IMG/VR virus record: IMGVR_UViG_3300045988_039593
Length of the DNA: 45,692 nt
Origin: a virus
Direction: 5' to 3' (one strand)
The stretch's first letter is position 1. Each line of letters starts with the position of its first letter. The notes under the pieces are model-generated. The model had not been told where the DNA came from, made no database searches, and worked only from the letters and a program-made list of their open reading frames with translations. Positions 8,634 to 18,558 of this stretch are shown piece by piece. Position numbers and translations under genes: made by a program.

Positions 8634-11600
8634 TACGATTTAAGTATTTTACGTGTTACATTCTTGTAAACCTCAATGGTGTTTCCGTCGCTATCAACGA
8701 AACGTGAGCGTTCGCCCTGTTTGCGTATAGCATCAACGCCGCGTTCCAATGCGCTTACGTCGGTAGCATTCGAACCAACCATTGCCAAAGCAACCCCGGC
8801 CATATCCGAATTGGCACGTTGGTATTTGTCGGCAAACGTTCCATCATTAAACGAATTGATAACGTCCGGGATGATCGAACCGAAACGGCGCGAATTGCGT
8901 TTGTTGATGATGGCGAAATATTCGCCACCCTCGGCACGCCTGTTTTTCCCGTCTTTTGTCATTCCCAAATCAATATCATTACCGGATGCGTGCGAACCAC
9001 CTTGCAACAATTCAACGGTACCATCGCCGTATGTTTCTTTTGTCACCTGTGCGGCCTTTACTTTCGATGCAAGGAAAGAACCCCACATTGTAGCAATGGC
9101 GGCAATGGCCAACGCGGGACCAATTAGCGGAATCGGGGATAACGACGCCCAAAGATTCGCAGAAGCCGTTATCAAACTTGACGCTTGCGTTATGGCATCC
9201 ATTGCCAATTGTGCCTTTTGCGCCTTTTGCTTTACCTCAATGACCTTTTGTTGTTGTTGCTTCTCCAAGTCCAATTCCTTTTGAGCCTGTACAACATTGT
9301 TGGCATATCCGTTGTTACGTGCTTCAATTTCAGCATCCAACGCACGTTGTGCGGCATCAACACGGGCATTGGCGGCATTGATGGCCGCGTCGGCTTCCTT
9401 TATCCACGCGTCAATGGCGGTGTTGATTCCATCGACGGTGGCGTTGATCGCGGTATTAAACGCGTCTTGTTGTTCGGGTTTTAAACTGATTCCCAATACC
9501 TCATACAAATTTTTGTATGGCGTACTTTTCGCCGCCTTATCAATCGCCGCAATTTGGTTTTGAATAGTCGCTACCTGTTCGGCGGTTAAATCCTTTCCAT
9601 TTTTACGGTTCAATTCAAGAATCTTTTGCAAACGCTCACGTTCCATTTGCAAACGGAATTGTGTTTTTTGGCGTTCGTTCTTATCCAACAAGTCAAATTC
9701 AGATTGCGCGAAATCCTGTTGAATATCCAATAATTCCATTGCCAATTGGGTACGGAAATCAATTGATGTTTCCTTTGCCTGTTGGTCATATTTAGCGTTT
9801 ATTGCGGCTTCATCTGGGCGCAACTTAACGTCGGTTTGCTTGTTCTTTTCAATTTCAATTTCCCGTTGTTTCTCAATCGCCGCCAATTTCAAATTCAACA
9901 TTTCGTCGGAACCCTTACGGGTAACGGCAATTTGTAAATTGATGGCGTTTAATTCCGCTTGCAATGATCGTTGACGGATTGCCGATAATTCGTTTTCGAA
10001 TGCCTTTTTATCATCCAATAACATTTGGTCGTATTTGGCATTTATGGCGGATTCATCCTGTTTTTCGCTTTCTACCTTTTGGCGGTTTTGTTCCAATTCC
10101 AATTGGCGTTGTGCGTTTATCTTGTCTTGACGCAACGACAACATTTTGTCCGTACCGGCGGCGGTTACGGATATTTCCAATTGGATTGCATCAATAACGG
10201 CTTTCCGGTCGGCAATGCGTTGTTTCTTTGCGGCTTCAATTGCCTTTTTTTGTTCCTTGCTCAACTCGGACGTCCTTTGGCTTGTAGCCTGTGCCGCCTG
10301 TTCCGCATCACGTCCCGCACGGTCGGCCGCTTCCTTTGTGTCATTCTCAATTTGCGTTAAAACGACGTCGGCCGCTTGTCGTAAGGCAACCAATGTGTTT
10401 TGTGCCGTTTTTGCCGCCATCTGCTTATCTCCAAGTCCTAACCATTTCGCAAGAAAACCAGTTTTTGTGTCCGCTTGATACTTTGTGTCGCTCGCTTGTT
10501 TCTCCCAAAATTTCTGGAAATAATCAATGTATGCTTGTGCGGCTTTCGCTCCATTCTTTTTGTAATACTTTTGAAATTCTGCCGTATATTTATCGGCAAT
10601 TTCGGATATAAACGTATCCGTCGGAAACAATAAACGCTGTGTTTGCGTTACCAACTTTGTAAGCCAATCAATCGTCGATTTAATCGTTCCGTTGGATTTT
10701 TCAAATGCTAACGTAAGACCTTCCCACGCGGATTGAAGCAATTTCGTTGAACCCTCAACGGTATCCAAACGTTCCGCGCTTATTCGTTCCAATTCCCCGG
10801 AAACGTCATTAAGACTATTGCGTAATTCGCGTGCGCTTTCCGCGCCGGATATGAACGCCGAAAAGGCCGCAACGCTTCGTTTGTCGGTCAATTCTAACGA
10901 TTCCGCAACGTTAATACCACGTTTGCGTAACTCAATCAATCCGTTTATAATGTCGTCGAACGTATTGACGGAACCGCCCAATGATTTAGCCAATTTTCCG
11001 TTGGCGTTCGCCAAATTCAAAAGGATATTACGAGTTGCGGTCGCCGCGCTTGAAGCATCAAAACCGGCATTTGCCAATGCTCCCAACAATGCGGTTGTGT
11101 CCTTTACGGTTAGGCCATACGCATTAGCAACAGGGAATACGGTGCCGATTGAATCACGAATGCGGGCGAAAGACAATGCCGATTTGTTTGTTGCGACGGC
11201 CAATGTTGCCAACACTTCGTCGGTTTCCGAACTTGTAAGATTGAACGCACGTAACGTTGAACCGGCAACGGCGGCGGCTTCCGCCAAATCCGCACCAACG
11301 GCGGTTGCAAATTCCAATACCGGCTTTTGCATTGCAATTATGGAGCCTTGGCCAAATCCCAATTTCGCCAACTCGGTTTGCAATTGGGTTACCTGTGATG
11401 CCGTATATTCAGTCGAACGGCCTAACGACAACGCCGAATCGGTCAACGCTTTCATTTCTTCACGGGTAACGCCCAATATGGTTGACAAATTAGCGTTTGC
11501 CTGTTCGAAATCGCGCATCGTTTTATATGCGCTTGTTAAGTAATTGACAAATTGCAATATGATTCCAACGGTACCCAATGCAATTGTCGAAAATCCGCGC

Positions 11601-12253
11601 AATGCCTTTGATGCAAGCGGCAAATCGCTTGCACCGATTGCACGCAATTGGGAACCCATTTGGCCAAATCCGCGTGTAAGCGTTTGCAATGGTGCCGGCA
11701 AAGCACGCATTGCGTTTTCATAGTGGCCAACCTCTAACGTATATTTTCCGGTTGCCTTTTGCAAATCGCTCATACGCTCATAAATGCGGCGTGTTTCGTT
11801 TTCCAAATCGCGCCCGGACTGTGTGCCGTGGCGCTCCGCGTCGCTCATTTCATTTAGGCGTATTTTGTTAAGCCTGTATTGCGCCGACAACCTGTTATAT
11901 GAACCCTCTTTTGAATTGTTCAATTGAACAACCAATTTGTCAATGCTTTGTTCTTCCTTGACGGCTTGTATAACCTGTTGACGGCGGCGGTATGTTTCAC
12001 GTTCGGCAACATTAACATTTTCATACGCTTTTGCCAATTTGTCCGATTGTGTCGTTGTGCTTTCAATAGTCTTGCGCTGTTCCTCGGTTGCCGACGAAAC
12101 GTTTTCAAGGCTTTTGGCCAATGCGGCTGCGTCGCCCTGTATCTTTGTTTTCACCTCGCCGTATTTCTCAATCAATGCCGTTAACTGATTTATCAACGTT
12201 GTAATTGAATCATCCGGTTTTATAAGGTCGGAATATTTTATTGGATTATCCAT
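8633..12253 (-). CDS. tail tape measure protein
   Basis: 1206 aa with long Ala/Gln/Lys-rich coiled-coil stretches, a TP901-type core (GLTVKDTTALLGALANAGF) and a hydrophobic segment near the C-terminus. Confidence 0.92.
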   Translation of the reverse strand: MDNPIKYSDLIKPDDSITTLINQLTALIEKYGEVKTKIQGDAAALAKSLENVSSATEEQRKTIESTTTQSDKLAKAYENVNVAERETYRRRQQVIQAVKEEQSIDKLVVQLNNSKEGSYNRLSAQYRLNKIRLNEMSDAERHGTQSGRDLENETRRIYERMSDLQKATGKYTLEVGHYENAMRALPAPLQTLTRGFGQMGSQLRAIGASDLPLASKALRGFSTIALGTVGIILQFVNYLTSAYKTMRDFEQANANLSTILGVTREEMKALTDSALSLGRSTEYTASQVTQLQTELAKLGFGQGSIIAMQKPVLEFATAVGADLAEAAAVAGSTLRAFNLTSSETDEVLATLAVATNKSALSFARIRDSIGTVFPVANAYGLTVKDTTALLGALANAGFDASSAATATRNILLNLANANGKLAKSLGGSVNTFDDIINGLIELRKRGINVAESLELTDKRSVAAFSAFISGAESARELRNSLNDVSGELERISAERLDTVEGSTKLLQSAWEGLTLAFEKSNGTIKSTIDWLTKLVTQTQRLLFPTDTFISEIADKYTAEFQKYYKKNGAKAAQAYIDYFQKFWEKQASDTKYQADTKTGFLAKWLGLGDKQMAAKTAQNTLVALRQAADVVLTQIENDTKEAADRAGRDAEQAAQATSQRTSELSKEQKKAIEAAKKQRIADRKAVIDAIQLEISVTAAGTDKMLSLRQDKINAQRQLELEQNRQKVESEKQDESAINAKYDQMLLDDKKAFENELSAIRQRSLQAELNAINLQIAVTRKGSDEMLNLKLAAIEKQREIEIEKNKQTDVKLRPDEAAINAKYDQQAKETSIDFRTQLAMELLDIQQDFAQSEFDLLDKNERQKTQFRLQMERERLQKILELNRKNGKDLTAEQVATIQNQIAAIDKAAKSTPYKNLYEVLGISLKPEQQDAFNTAINATVDGINTAIDAWIKEADAAINAANARVDAAQRALDAEIEARNNGYANNVVQAQKELDLEKQQQQKVIEVKQKAQKAQLAMDAITQASSLITASANLWASLSPIPLIGPALAIAAIATMWGSFLASKVKAAQVTKETYGDGTVELLQGGSHASGNDIDLGMTKDGKNRRAEGGEYFAIINKRNSRRFGSIIPDVINSFNDGTFADKYQRANSDMAGVALAMVGSNATDVSALERGVDAIRKQGERSRFVDSDGNTIEVYKNVTRKILKS

Positions 12254-12267
12254 AACGTTATTTTTCT

Positions 12268-12318
12268 TAAAAGTGCCGTATTTCGGCCGTTAAAATCAAA
12301 AACGATAAATTATACGTC
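12268..12318 (-). promoter_or_regulatory. Promoter-like element upstream of the tape measure gene (TTTG-N21-CACTTTTA plus upstream GACGTATAATTTA)
   Basis: About 60 nt align with 21718..21768. Shared blocks: GACGTATAATTTA, TTTTG, TTTAACGsCC, ACTTTTA and GAAAAAT. Confidence 0.5.
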
Positions 12319-12326
12319 AAAAGTTT

Positions 12327-13112
12327 TTAACGCCGCGTACGGGCTTGTTTTGCGGCGTTTTCTTCGTTCTTTGCCCTTTCTTTGAGAAATTCGAACGCAT
12401 TGTAAAATTCCAAAACGGTATATTCCTTTGGTTTTACGTTCAATTGCCCGGATAGCATCAAACACAAATTTTCAAATTGGCGGTCAAACTTAATTTCGGT
12501 TGATTCGGAACCGGAAAATATTTGAGGGCGGGTGTACGTTATCAATTCGGTTGTTATGTCGTCAACGTCTTTGGTGCCGTCCGGAATAGGAACACCGGCC
12601 ACAATGTTTTTCAATACTAACAATGTGCGGCGGCGTACCTTTTCAAAAAATTCTTTCGCGTCGGAATCCTCATACAACTTTGGGAAATATAACATCAATT
12701 CCGCGTCAATTTTTTTTTTGACCGAACTCAATTGGTCGGTCAATTCTTCGTATGACGAATCCGCGAATTTTTCAACAATCTTTTTCAACGCGTCGTCGGT
12801 CAGATCATCGCATTGCGTGCCGTCGATGGCTGAAACCAAACAGGCAAACGCCAAATGTTGCGGCGAAAGTCCGTTTTGTATCATATACACGCATTGGCGT
12901 AAATTTTCCAATTCCTTTTGTGCGTTGGCCGGGTCTTTGAGCATCAAAAACCGGCGTGCCTTTTCAATGTGTTTGTCGAAATCCTCAATGGTTGAGCCAA
13001 TGCCGGAATCCACCAACAAATACTTTTGGTATTTATGGAAGCGGGTTACCGGCAATTCCTCGATCGTGTCGTACAATTCGACGTTGTGTTTTCCAATCTT
13101 AACGGTTTTCAT
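12327..13112 (-). CDS. putative tail assembly chaperone (by position)
   Basis: 261-aa acidic helical protein directly upstream of the tape measure gene. No frameshift partner was seen. Confidence 0.4.
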   Translation of the reverse strand: MKTVKIGKHNVELYDTIEELPVTRFHKYQKYLLVDSGIGSTIEDFDKHIEKARRFLMLKDPANAQKELENLRQCVYMIQNGLSPQHLAFACLVSAIDGTQCDDLTDDALKKIVEKFADSSYEELTDQLSSVKKKIDAELMLYFPKLYEDSDAKEFFEKVRRRTLLVLKNIVAGVPIPDGTKDVDDITTELITYTRPQIFSGSESTEIKFDRQFENLCLMLSGQLNVKPKEYTVLEFYNAFEFLKERAKNEENAAKQARTRR

Positions 13113-13374
13113 AAAACTTTCGTGTTATCATTGTTGAAATCATCGGAACAACCGACATTTCCCATTGGCCGGTTGCCGCCAACAAAATTAGCGAAATAAT
13201 CACGCCAACCCACCACGAACAACAAAAATTACAGGTAAAGAGGGCGTACAAAAAATCGTTGGGGGCGTGAACCTGTAACCATTCACGTAATCCCCATTTA
13301 TCCGCCAACGTAAGCATCCACGCCGCCAATAGGCCAACCACGATGCACCAACAAATAAATTCAACGATTCCCAT
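13099..13374 (-). CDS. small integral membrane protein (DUF1360-like)
   Basis: 91 aa with hydrophobic helices and the motif LFTCNFCCSWWVGVI. Confidence 0.5.
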   Translation of the reverse strand: MGIVEFICWCIVVGLLAAWMLTLADKWGLREWLQVHAPNDFLYALFTCNFCCSWWVGVIISLILLAATGQWEMSVVPMISTMITRKFYENR

Positions 13375-13378
13375 AATG

Positions 13379-13987
13379 TCAACGGTTCAAATCCGGCAAT
13401 ACGCACGGGGTATCAACTTTTATTTCTCCCTCAAAGCGGAACCCGGAGAACGGGTGCATTAAAAATTGGTTGTCGCATTCGTCAAGGCTGAAACCACGGT
13501 ATATGTTCGCGGCCTGTTCGTAACATTTGTTAATGCGTATCGAACCGTTGCGCATAAGCCATCCGGAACGGCCATTGAGAATATCCAATATTTGTGCTTT
13601 CAAATACTCGGTGTTCCTGTTGATAGAGGAACCGAACACGCGGCGTAAATCGAACCAAAAGATAATGGAAAACGGGGCGCGTTGTTCCATTTCGGCGTTC
13701 GGTTCCCATTCGATCGTTTGCGGGTCGTCAACGACAAAGAAACAAAAATTGCCTTTGAACGAATCGGGCGACACCTCGATATAATCGTTATTGCCGTGCC
13801 CCCGTATGCCACCGCAATATACGTTCGGCAACGTATAACGTCGGCCGTCGATTTCCTTTACCAACTTTTGGGCGCGTCCAAAAGCAGCATCCAACCACGG
13901 CAAACCGCCGGCCAAAGCCTTTTGGATTTCGCCTATTGCTTCATCAAGCATTACCGCGTTGGGTATAATTGGTGCATTATTGATCAT
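13379..13987 (-). CDS. virion-module protein (head-tail connector or tail component, unassigned)
   Basis: 202 aa, translationally coupled with the upstream ORF (4-nt overlap). Confidence 0.5.
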   Translation of the reverse strand: MINNAPIIPNAVMLDEAIGEIQKALAGGLPWLDAAFGRAQKLVKEIDGRRYTLPNVYCGGIRGHGNNDYIEVSPDSFKGNFCFFVVDDPQTIEWEPNAEMEQRAPFSIIFWFDLRRVFGSSINRNTEYLKAQILDILNGRSGWLMRNGSIRINKCYEQAANIYRGFSLDECDNQFLMHPFSGFRFEGEIKVDTPCVLPDLNR

Positions 13988-14514
13988 ACGAAAAGATTTG
14001 TTTTAATTATGTTCATCAACTTATCATAACCGCCACGGTCATACCATATTTTTTTCCAATTTTCCGACGTCAAACCAAATGTATTTTGGCCGTATTTGTC
14101 AAAAATATTTTTTGCAAACATTGTCGTTGGGTAAACGCTCACAGCATCCGCGCCCATATCAACGGCCAATTCCGAATGAAATTTACCGACAATATACAGG
14201 TTCGGCGCGTCCGGGTTCCTGTTGGCGTTTGGCGTTATGGCCTGTTTCCAATCCGCATAACGCCCGGCCGATTCCTTGCTATGGAAATATCCGGCCGGCT
14301 TCAAATCCTCGGAATAATACGGGCGAATGTCGTTGCCGCTTGATGCTTTACCATCCCATAATTGTTGCAATTGCAAATCCAAAACGTCGGGCAAATATGG
14401 TTTAATGGCTTCGCCGATCATCGAACCGGTTTGCAATCCCTCATTCACACGTTGAACGCGTGCCAATAAGTCGTTCAATACTCCCATTGTTCTATTTCGC
14501 GTTTTTAGGGCCAT
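13984..14514 (-). CDS. virion-module protein (unassigned)
   Basis: 176 aa with an ATG start at 14514, lying between the capsid and tail genes. Confidence 0.5.
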   Translation of the reverse strand: MALKTRNRTMGVLNDLLARVQRVNEGLQTGSMIGEAIKPYLPDVLDLQLQQLWDGKASSGNDIRPYYSEDLKPAGYFHSKESAGRYADWKQAITPNANRNPDAPNLYIVGKFHSELAVDMGADAVSVYPTTMFAKNIFDKYGQNTFGLTSENWKKIWYDRGGYDKLMNIIKTNLFV

Positions 14515-14520
14515 TTAAGG

Positions 14521-14569
14521 ACGTTAAACTTTCGGGCGGTATAATTTACCATTCGTAAGTTTAACGCCC
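14521..14569 (+). other. Intergenic hairpin containing a reversed copy of the TATAATTTAyC...TTTAACGsCC motif
   Basis: Stem CGTTAAACTT (14522-14531) / AAGTTTAACG (14557-14566). GGTATAATTTACC (14538-14550) and TTTAACGCCC (14560-14569) are on the + strand. Confidence 0.45.
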
Positions 14570-14599
14570 ATTGTAGCCAAAATTTGGATAAAATAACGG

Positions 14600-15970
14600 T
14601 TAAACCGTGCGATATTTGACGCCGTGATTGTTGCAAGATAGGCAAACGCGGTCAATTCCGCGTGTATCAACCGCCAATGCACGATACGCCATTAAAAGGT
14701 CATAGCCCAAACCGCCGGGGCGTGTTCCGTTCGTGTTTCCGTCAATCTCATACAAAATATCCATTTTTGATGCGTTGGATTGATTGCGGTTAACGCGTAC
14801 GTCCGGATTCAATGCCAATGTGCGCAACATATCGGCGGCAACCTGTTTTTGGATTACAGGGGCGAAAATATGGCGTTGCGAAATGATAAAATCCGTTAAA
14901 TCACATTCAACGGAAATTTCGCAATTCATACCGTAATTGCGGGTGTTCGTGTATGCCACGCCGGCAATATCGAACATTTCCGGGTATTGTGCGAAATCTT
15001 CCGGGGCGTGGATGCAAAATGGCGATACCTGTAAATACTTGGTCAATTCGCGCCACGATTCAACCGAACCGATATTGCACGTTCCGCAAGGTTCTCGCGT
15101 CCAATCTTTGGATACGTTCAACGCTTCCATTCCCATTGGCAACGCGTTTTGATCGTAGCAAAGAAACCACGCGCCGCCGGCGTCGTTTCCCTGTGCGTCG
15201 GCCGAACCGCCGGCAATGTATGGTAAATATATTGGGTCGGTGTCAAAACTGAACCATTGGAACCCGCCGTTTGTATTCGTAAAATTCACGTCAATTATGC
15301 GCATTGGCGCAACCTGTGAGGAATGAAACAGGTACAAACGAACGTTGCCGGTTCCGCCTACCATTTGCAAACCAATTCGGTTGATTCGCAAAGTTACGCC
15401 CATACCGCGTACCGGGATGATTTCGAAACCAACCAATTTGGCCGTCGGGTCAATGGTTGCTTTCAACCTTGCGGCACCATCAAAGAATGTGCGACGTTCC
15501 AACAATGTTTTGGTTTCATTCCTCAATTGCTTTTCCTGTACAAATCTTTGAATTGCGGTGTTAATGCCGTTTCGGGTCAATCTTTCGACGTAATCCGAAA
15601 CCATATTGAAAACAAACCACGCGCCCTCACTTTCGCCGCCAAAGTCATTATTGAAATCCGCGTTGAAATCCGATTTTACAGGTTCAACGCCGGTGTTATC
15701 TTGGTTCGCAATCCACACAATCCCGTTGTGGCGAACCTTTGTGCCAACCCTATATGGTAAAATAACGTTCCATTCCGGGTATTGTAAAATGTAATTATCG
15801 GGCATCATCGCACAAACGTTGTTCAATGTACACAACGGGTGTGCGCCTTGAAACGTCAACCCGCTTTCGGATTGCGTCATTTTGTTGTCGATCGCTTCGT
15901 CGAGGTTATATGATTGTTCCCACCCGACGACGTGCAACAATGCGTTTTGAATATCTTTTAACCTGTACAT
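14600..15970 (-). CDS. virion structural protein (unassigned, 457 aa)
   Basis: ORF 14600..16024 trimmed to the ATG at 15970 because 15991-16022 is the capsid-gene terminator. Contains SDFNADFNNDF. Confidence 0.55.
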   Translation of the reverse strand: MYRLKDIQNALLHVVGWEQSYNLDEAIDNKMTQSESGLTFQGAHPLCTLNNVCAMMPDNYILQYPEWNVILPYRVGTKVRHNGIVWIANQDNTGVEPVKSDFNADFNNDFGGESEGAWFVFNMVSDYVERLTRNGINTAIQRFVQEKQLRNETKTLLERRTFFDGAARLKATIDPTAKLVGFEIIPVRGMGVTLRINRIGLQMVGGTGNVRLYLFHSSQVAPMRIIDVNFTNTNGGFQWFSFDTDPIYLPYIAGGSADAQGNDAGGAWFLCYDQNALPMGMEALNVSKDWTREPCGTCNIGSVESWRELTKYLQVSPFCIHAPEDFAQYPEMFDIAGVAYTNTRNYGMNCEISVECDLTDFIISQRHIFAPVIQKQVAADMLRTLALNPDVRVNRNQSNASKMDILYEIDGNTNGTRPGGLGYDLLMAYRALAVDTRGIDRVCLSCNNHGVKYRTV

Positions 15971-15990
15971 TTTGCGATGAATGTTTGTAA

Positions 15991-16022
15991 ATGAAAAAAG
16001 GGGCGGGGCAATACCCCACCCC
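15991..16022 (-). terminator. Intrinsic terminator after the major capsid gene
   Basis: - strand GGGGTGGGG-tattg-CCCCGCCCC followed by TTTTTTCAT, 32 nt after the capsid stop. Confidence 0.85.
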
Positions 16023-16053
16023 ATAACGATTTCAACAACAATTCAACGATTGG

Positions 16054-17169
16054 TTACTCTACCGCTTTGGTATTAACCGGGTTGGCTGTATCGTTTACAA
16101 CCTCAACAGGGGTTGCGAAAGGATTTACGGAACCGCTTGAGGCAACCTCAACTTTGATGATAGGGTTTGCCACGGTGTCCGGTGCGCTATTGTATGCAAC
16201 GATAAACGCAATGTCAACACTGAATCCGAAATATTCCTTAACGGTACAAACCATATCTTCCGATGCGGCACCGGCGATTTGGCTATTGTCGCCCACGCTT
16301 GTATAATAGTGTGAGCCAACAGGCAAATCAATGTAAGGAAGCCTTACAACGTCCCATTCGTGGAAATTGGCACGTGTGCGGCGGTATGCTTCGCGATCAA
16401 CGCGCGTAAGGACACCGACGTTTCCATCCTCAACGATGAACGCGGTTGCGAATTTGCCGGCTTCATTGGTTACATTGTTGCTATAATGGAACACCTTGCC
16501 GTCATACTCGTTACGTTTGTTTACGTCGTTGTAGATGTCGTGTTGTGCCAACTTTTTAATGGTGGAATCAATACCGGCGTTGCCGATAACGTGAAGCATT
16601 CCCGGATAACAGTTTGCACGCATAATCGGGTTCATATCGCCCATCCATTCCATACGTGCGACCCACGGAACTTGAAGAACGTTTGCTACCGCGGTGTAAT
16701 ACAACTTATCCTTGAACACCTGTGTTTTGTTTGCCGAAAGTGCGGCCACGGCCTGTACGTCCATTGCGTTTGCAAGGGCGCGGCAAACTTTTTCCATCTT
16801 GCGATTAAAGTCATGTTCGTACGAAATTTCGTTGTTCATATACAACGACGGTACCATTGTGAATCCAACCGCAAGGGTAATCCAATTCACGGTGTACAAC
16901 TTTGATGTGTTTTCGTTGTCGCCAATCACGCACGAACGAACGTTGGAAACGGTAACGTCGCCGTCATAGTCGATAACGGGGATTTGTACGGTATTTCCCA
17001 TTGACGCGAAAGCGCGATCGCGCAAATCGGGGGAAATGATTGAATTTGAAGCGTTGGTTTGCTCAATGAAGAAATCCAACGCCCCATACTCACACGGGCG
17101 GGTCATATTCTTATCCAATGCGGGATTTTCGACACGCCAATTTTGCAAACGGGTTGCGACAAGTGACAT
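16054..17169 (-). CDS. major capsid protein
   Basis: 371 aa, immediately after the scaffold gene and followed by the strongest terminator in the window. The call rests on size and position. Confidence 0.75.
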   Translation of the reverse strand: MSLVATRLQNWRVENPALDKNMTRPCEYGALDFFIEQTNASNSIISPDLRDRAFASMGNTVQIPVIDYDGDVTVSNVRSCVIGDNENTSKLYTVNWITLAVGFTMVPSLYMNNEISYEHDFNRKMEKVCRALANAMDVQAVAALSANKTQVFKDKLYYTAVANVLQVPWVARMEWMGDMNPIMRANCYPGMLHVIGNAGIDSTIKKLAQHDIYNDVNKRNEYDGKVFHYSNNVTNEAGKFATAFIVEDGNVGVLTRVDREAYRRTRANFHEWDVVRLPYIDLPVGSHYYTSVGDNSQIAGAASEDMVCTVKEYFGFSVDIAFIVAYNSAPDTVANPIIKVEVASSGSVNPFATPVEVVNDTANPVNTKAVE

Positions 17170-17252
17170 AATTTTTGATGAATTAAAAAGTTAATAATTT
17201 TTGGTTTCGTCGGGTTGACCCTTTGCCCGATTGTTTGTTTTCTTTTGGTAAT

Positions 17253-17280
17253 GCCGGGCGGTATTCGCGCCCGGCTTTTG
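17253..17280 (+). other. GC hairpin with + strand U-tract in the scaffold-capsid spacer
   Basis: GCCGGGCG-gtattcg-CGCCCGGC followed by TTTTGGTTTT on the + strand. No U-tract on the coding (-) strand. Confidence 0.4.
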
Positions 17281-17283
17281 GTT

Positions 17284-18234
17284 TTACTGAATTGGCAACG
17301 CCTTTACGTTGTTGTCAACCCACGCTTTGTTTTTAGCGGTTTGGAATGCGTCCGAACCAATGGTTAAGCCCTGTGCCAACAATGCCTTTGTTATGGCTTC
17401 GTCGGCTTCAACCTGTGTACGTGCGCCGGACAAATCAATTACGCCCGATGCGCCACCGGTTCCGCCGGTGCCACCCTGTGAGCCGGCACCCTGTCTTTGT
17501 CTGCCTGTTTCTATAACGCCCATTTCGCGCAATTCCTTTTCAATCAATTCGGATGCGGTGTATGGGTTCAATTGGTTGTTCGGATTCCTCATAATCGCGC
17601 CGGATGCGTCTTTGAACGCAAGGGTTTTACCGCCCTTTCCGTCGTCGATATATTCGGGTGTCATTCCCTTAACCTTTGATTTGGCGTTTGCAAGGATAAC
17701 CGACGTTACGGCTTCCGGCAATCCGGCCTTAAATTTCAATCCAACAACGGATTTATCCAATTCGCCGTCAAGACGCAAACCAAACATTTCTTTTGCGTGG
17801 TTGTCCTTTGCGGTGTCGTACTCGGTTTTAAGGTCGGTAAACGATTTTGTAACCGCCGCCAAATCCTTTTGTGCCTGTGCCAATTGTTTCTTTGTTTCAG
17901 CATCCGCGCCGCCGTCGGCAATAACCTTTTCCAAACGGGCCTTTTCTTTTGTTAGGCTTGCAATTTGGGCGTTTAGTTCGCCCGCCGCGTCGGCTTTTGT
18001 CTTGATTTCGCCGATTGCCCTTTTGACGTAATCGTATGTTTTTTCGGTGCCGTTCTTTTCGATGCCGGATGCGCTGAAAATATCGTTATCCAAACCGCCG
18101 TAAATTTCGCCGGTCTTTTTTGCGATAACCGCGTTTTCATCGTTTGCCGACATTGTAACAATGGCGTTGATTTGTTCGGTGGTCAAACCGGCGGTTGCCG
18201 CGTTTGCCTGTATCAATTCTTGTGTAAGTGCCAT
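17284..18234 (-). CDS. capsid scaffolding protein
   Basis: 316 aa, helical and charged, with the Gly-rich linker GAGSQGGTGGTGGASG. Directly upstream of the capsid gene. Confidence 0.7.
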   Translation of the reverse strand: MALTQELIQANAATAGLTTEQINAIVTMSANDENAVIAKKTGEIYGGLDNDIFSASGIEKNGTEKTYDYVKRAIGEIKTKADAAGELNAQIASLTKEKARLEKVIADGGADAETKKQLAQAQKDLAAVTKSFTDLKTEYDTAKDNHAKEMFGLRLDGELDKSVVGLKFKAGLPEAVTSVILANAKSKVKGMTPEYIDDGKGGKTLAFKDASGAIMRNPNNQLNPYTASELIEKELREMGVIETGRQRQGAGSQGGTGGTGGASGVIDLSGARTQVEADEAITKALLAQGLTIGSDAFQTAKNKAWVDNNVKALPIQ

Positions 18235-18284
18235 AATTCTTTCCCTTTGAATTTATTGTTTGTATTACCCCGTATCAACTCAAA

Positions 18285-18539
18285 TTATGCGGTTGCCACG
18301 GCCAATGTTACCAACGCGCCGGTTGATGCCTTAACGTAAACAACGGAAATGTTGCCCGCGCCATCATCGGTGTAACCGACAATACGGCCGGTGCCCTCGG
18401 TTGACGATTTCAAAACGACGTCCAAAGCGGTATTTGCTTTGACGCATTGCGCCAACTTTGCCTTAACGGTTGCGTCCGCGTCTGCGATAGAACCGGTAAT
18501 TTCAATTACCAAATCATCATGTTGTGCTTGCTTTGCCAT
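18285..18539 (-). CDS. small head-module protein (84 aa, possible decoration protein)
   Basis: ORF 18285..18653 trimmed to the ATG at 18539 (MAKQAQHDD), because the upstream part overlaps the preceding gene. Confidence 0.5.
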   Translation of the reverse strand: MAKQAQHDDLVIEITGSIADADATVKAKLAQCVKANTALDVVLKSSTEGTGRIVGYTDDGAGNISVVYVKASTGALVTLAVATA

Positions 18540-18558
18540 AATTGTTTTTTTTAAGGTG

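Noticed and set aside
14600-16024. N-terminal extensions in the ORF track (16024, 18653, 26538, 28432, 39868, 42094, 43673, 44479, 45610, 738) and TTG first codons (25704, 31628, 35105, 35323, 35885, 41565, 45285).
   Set aside because: The extensions overlap upstream genes, terminators or the conserved leaders. In each case an ATG immediately after or overlapping the upstream stop gives a tighter, more consistent gene model.
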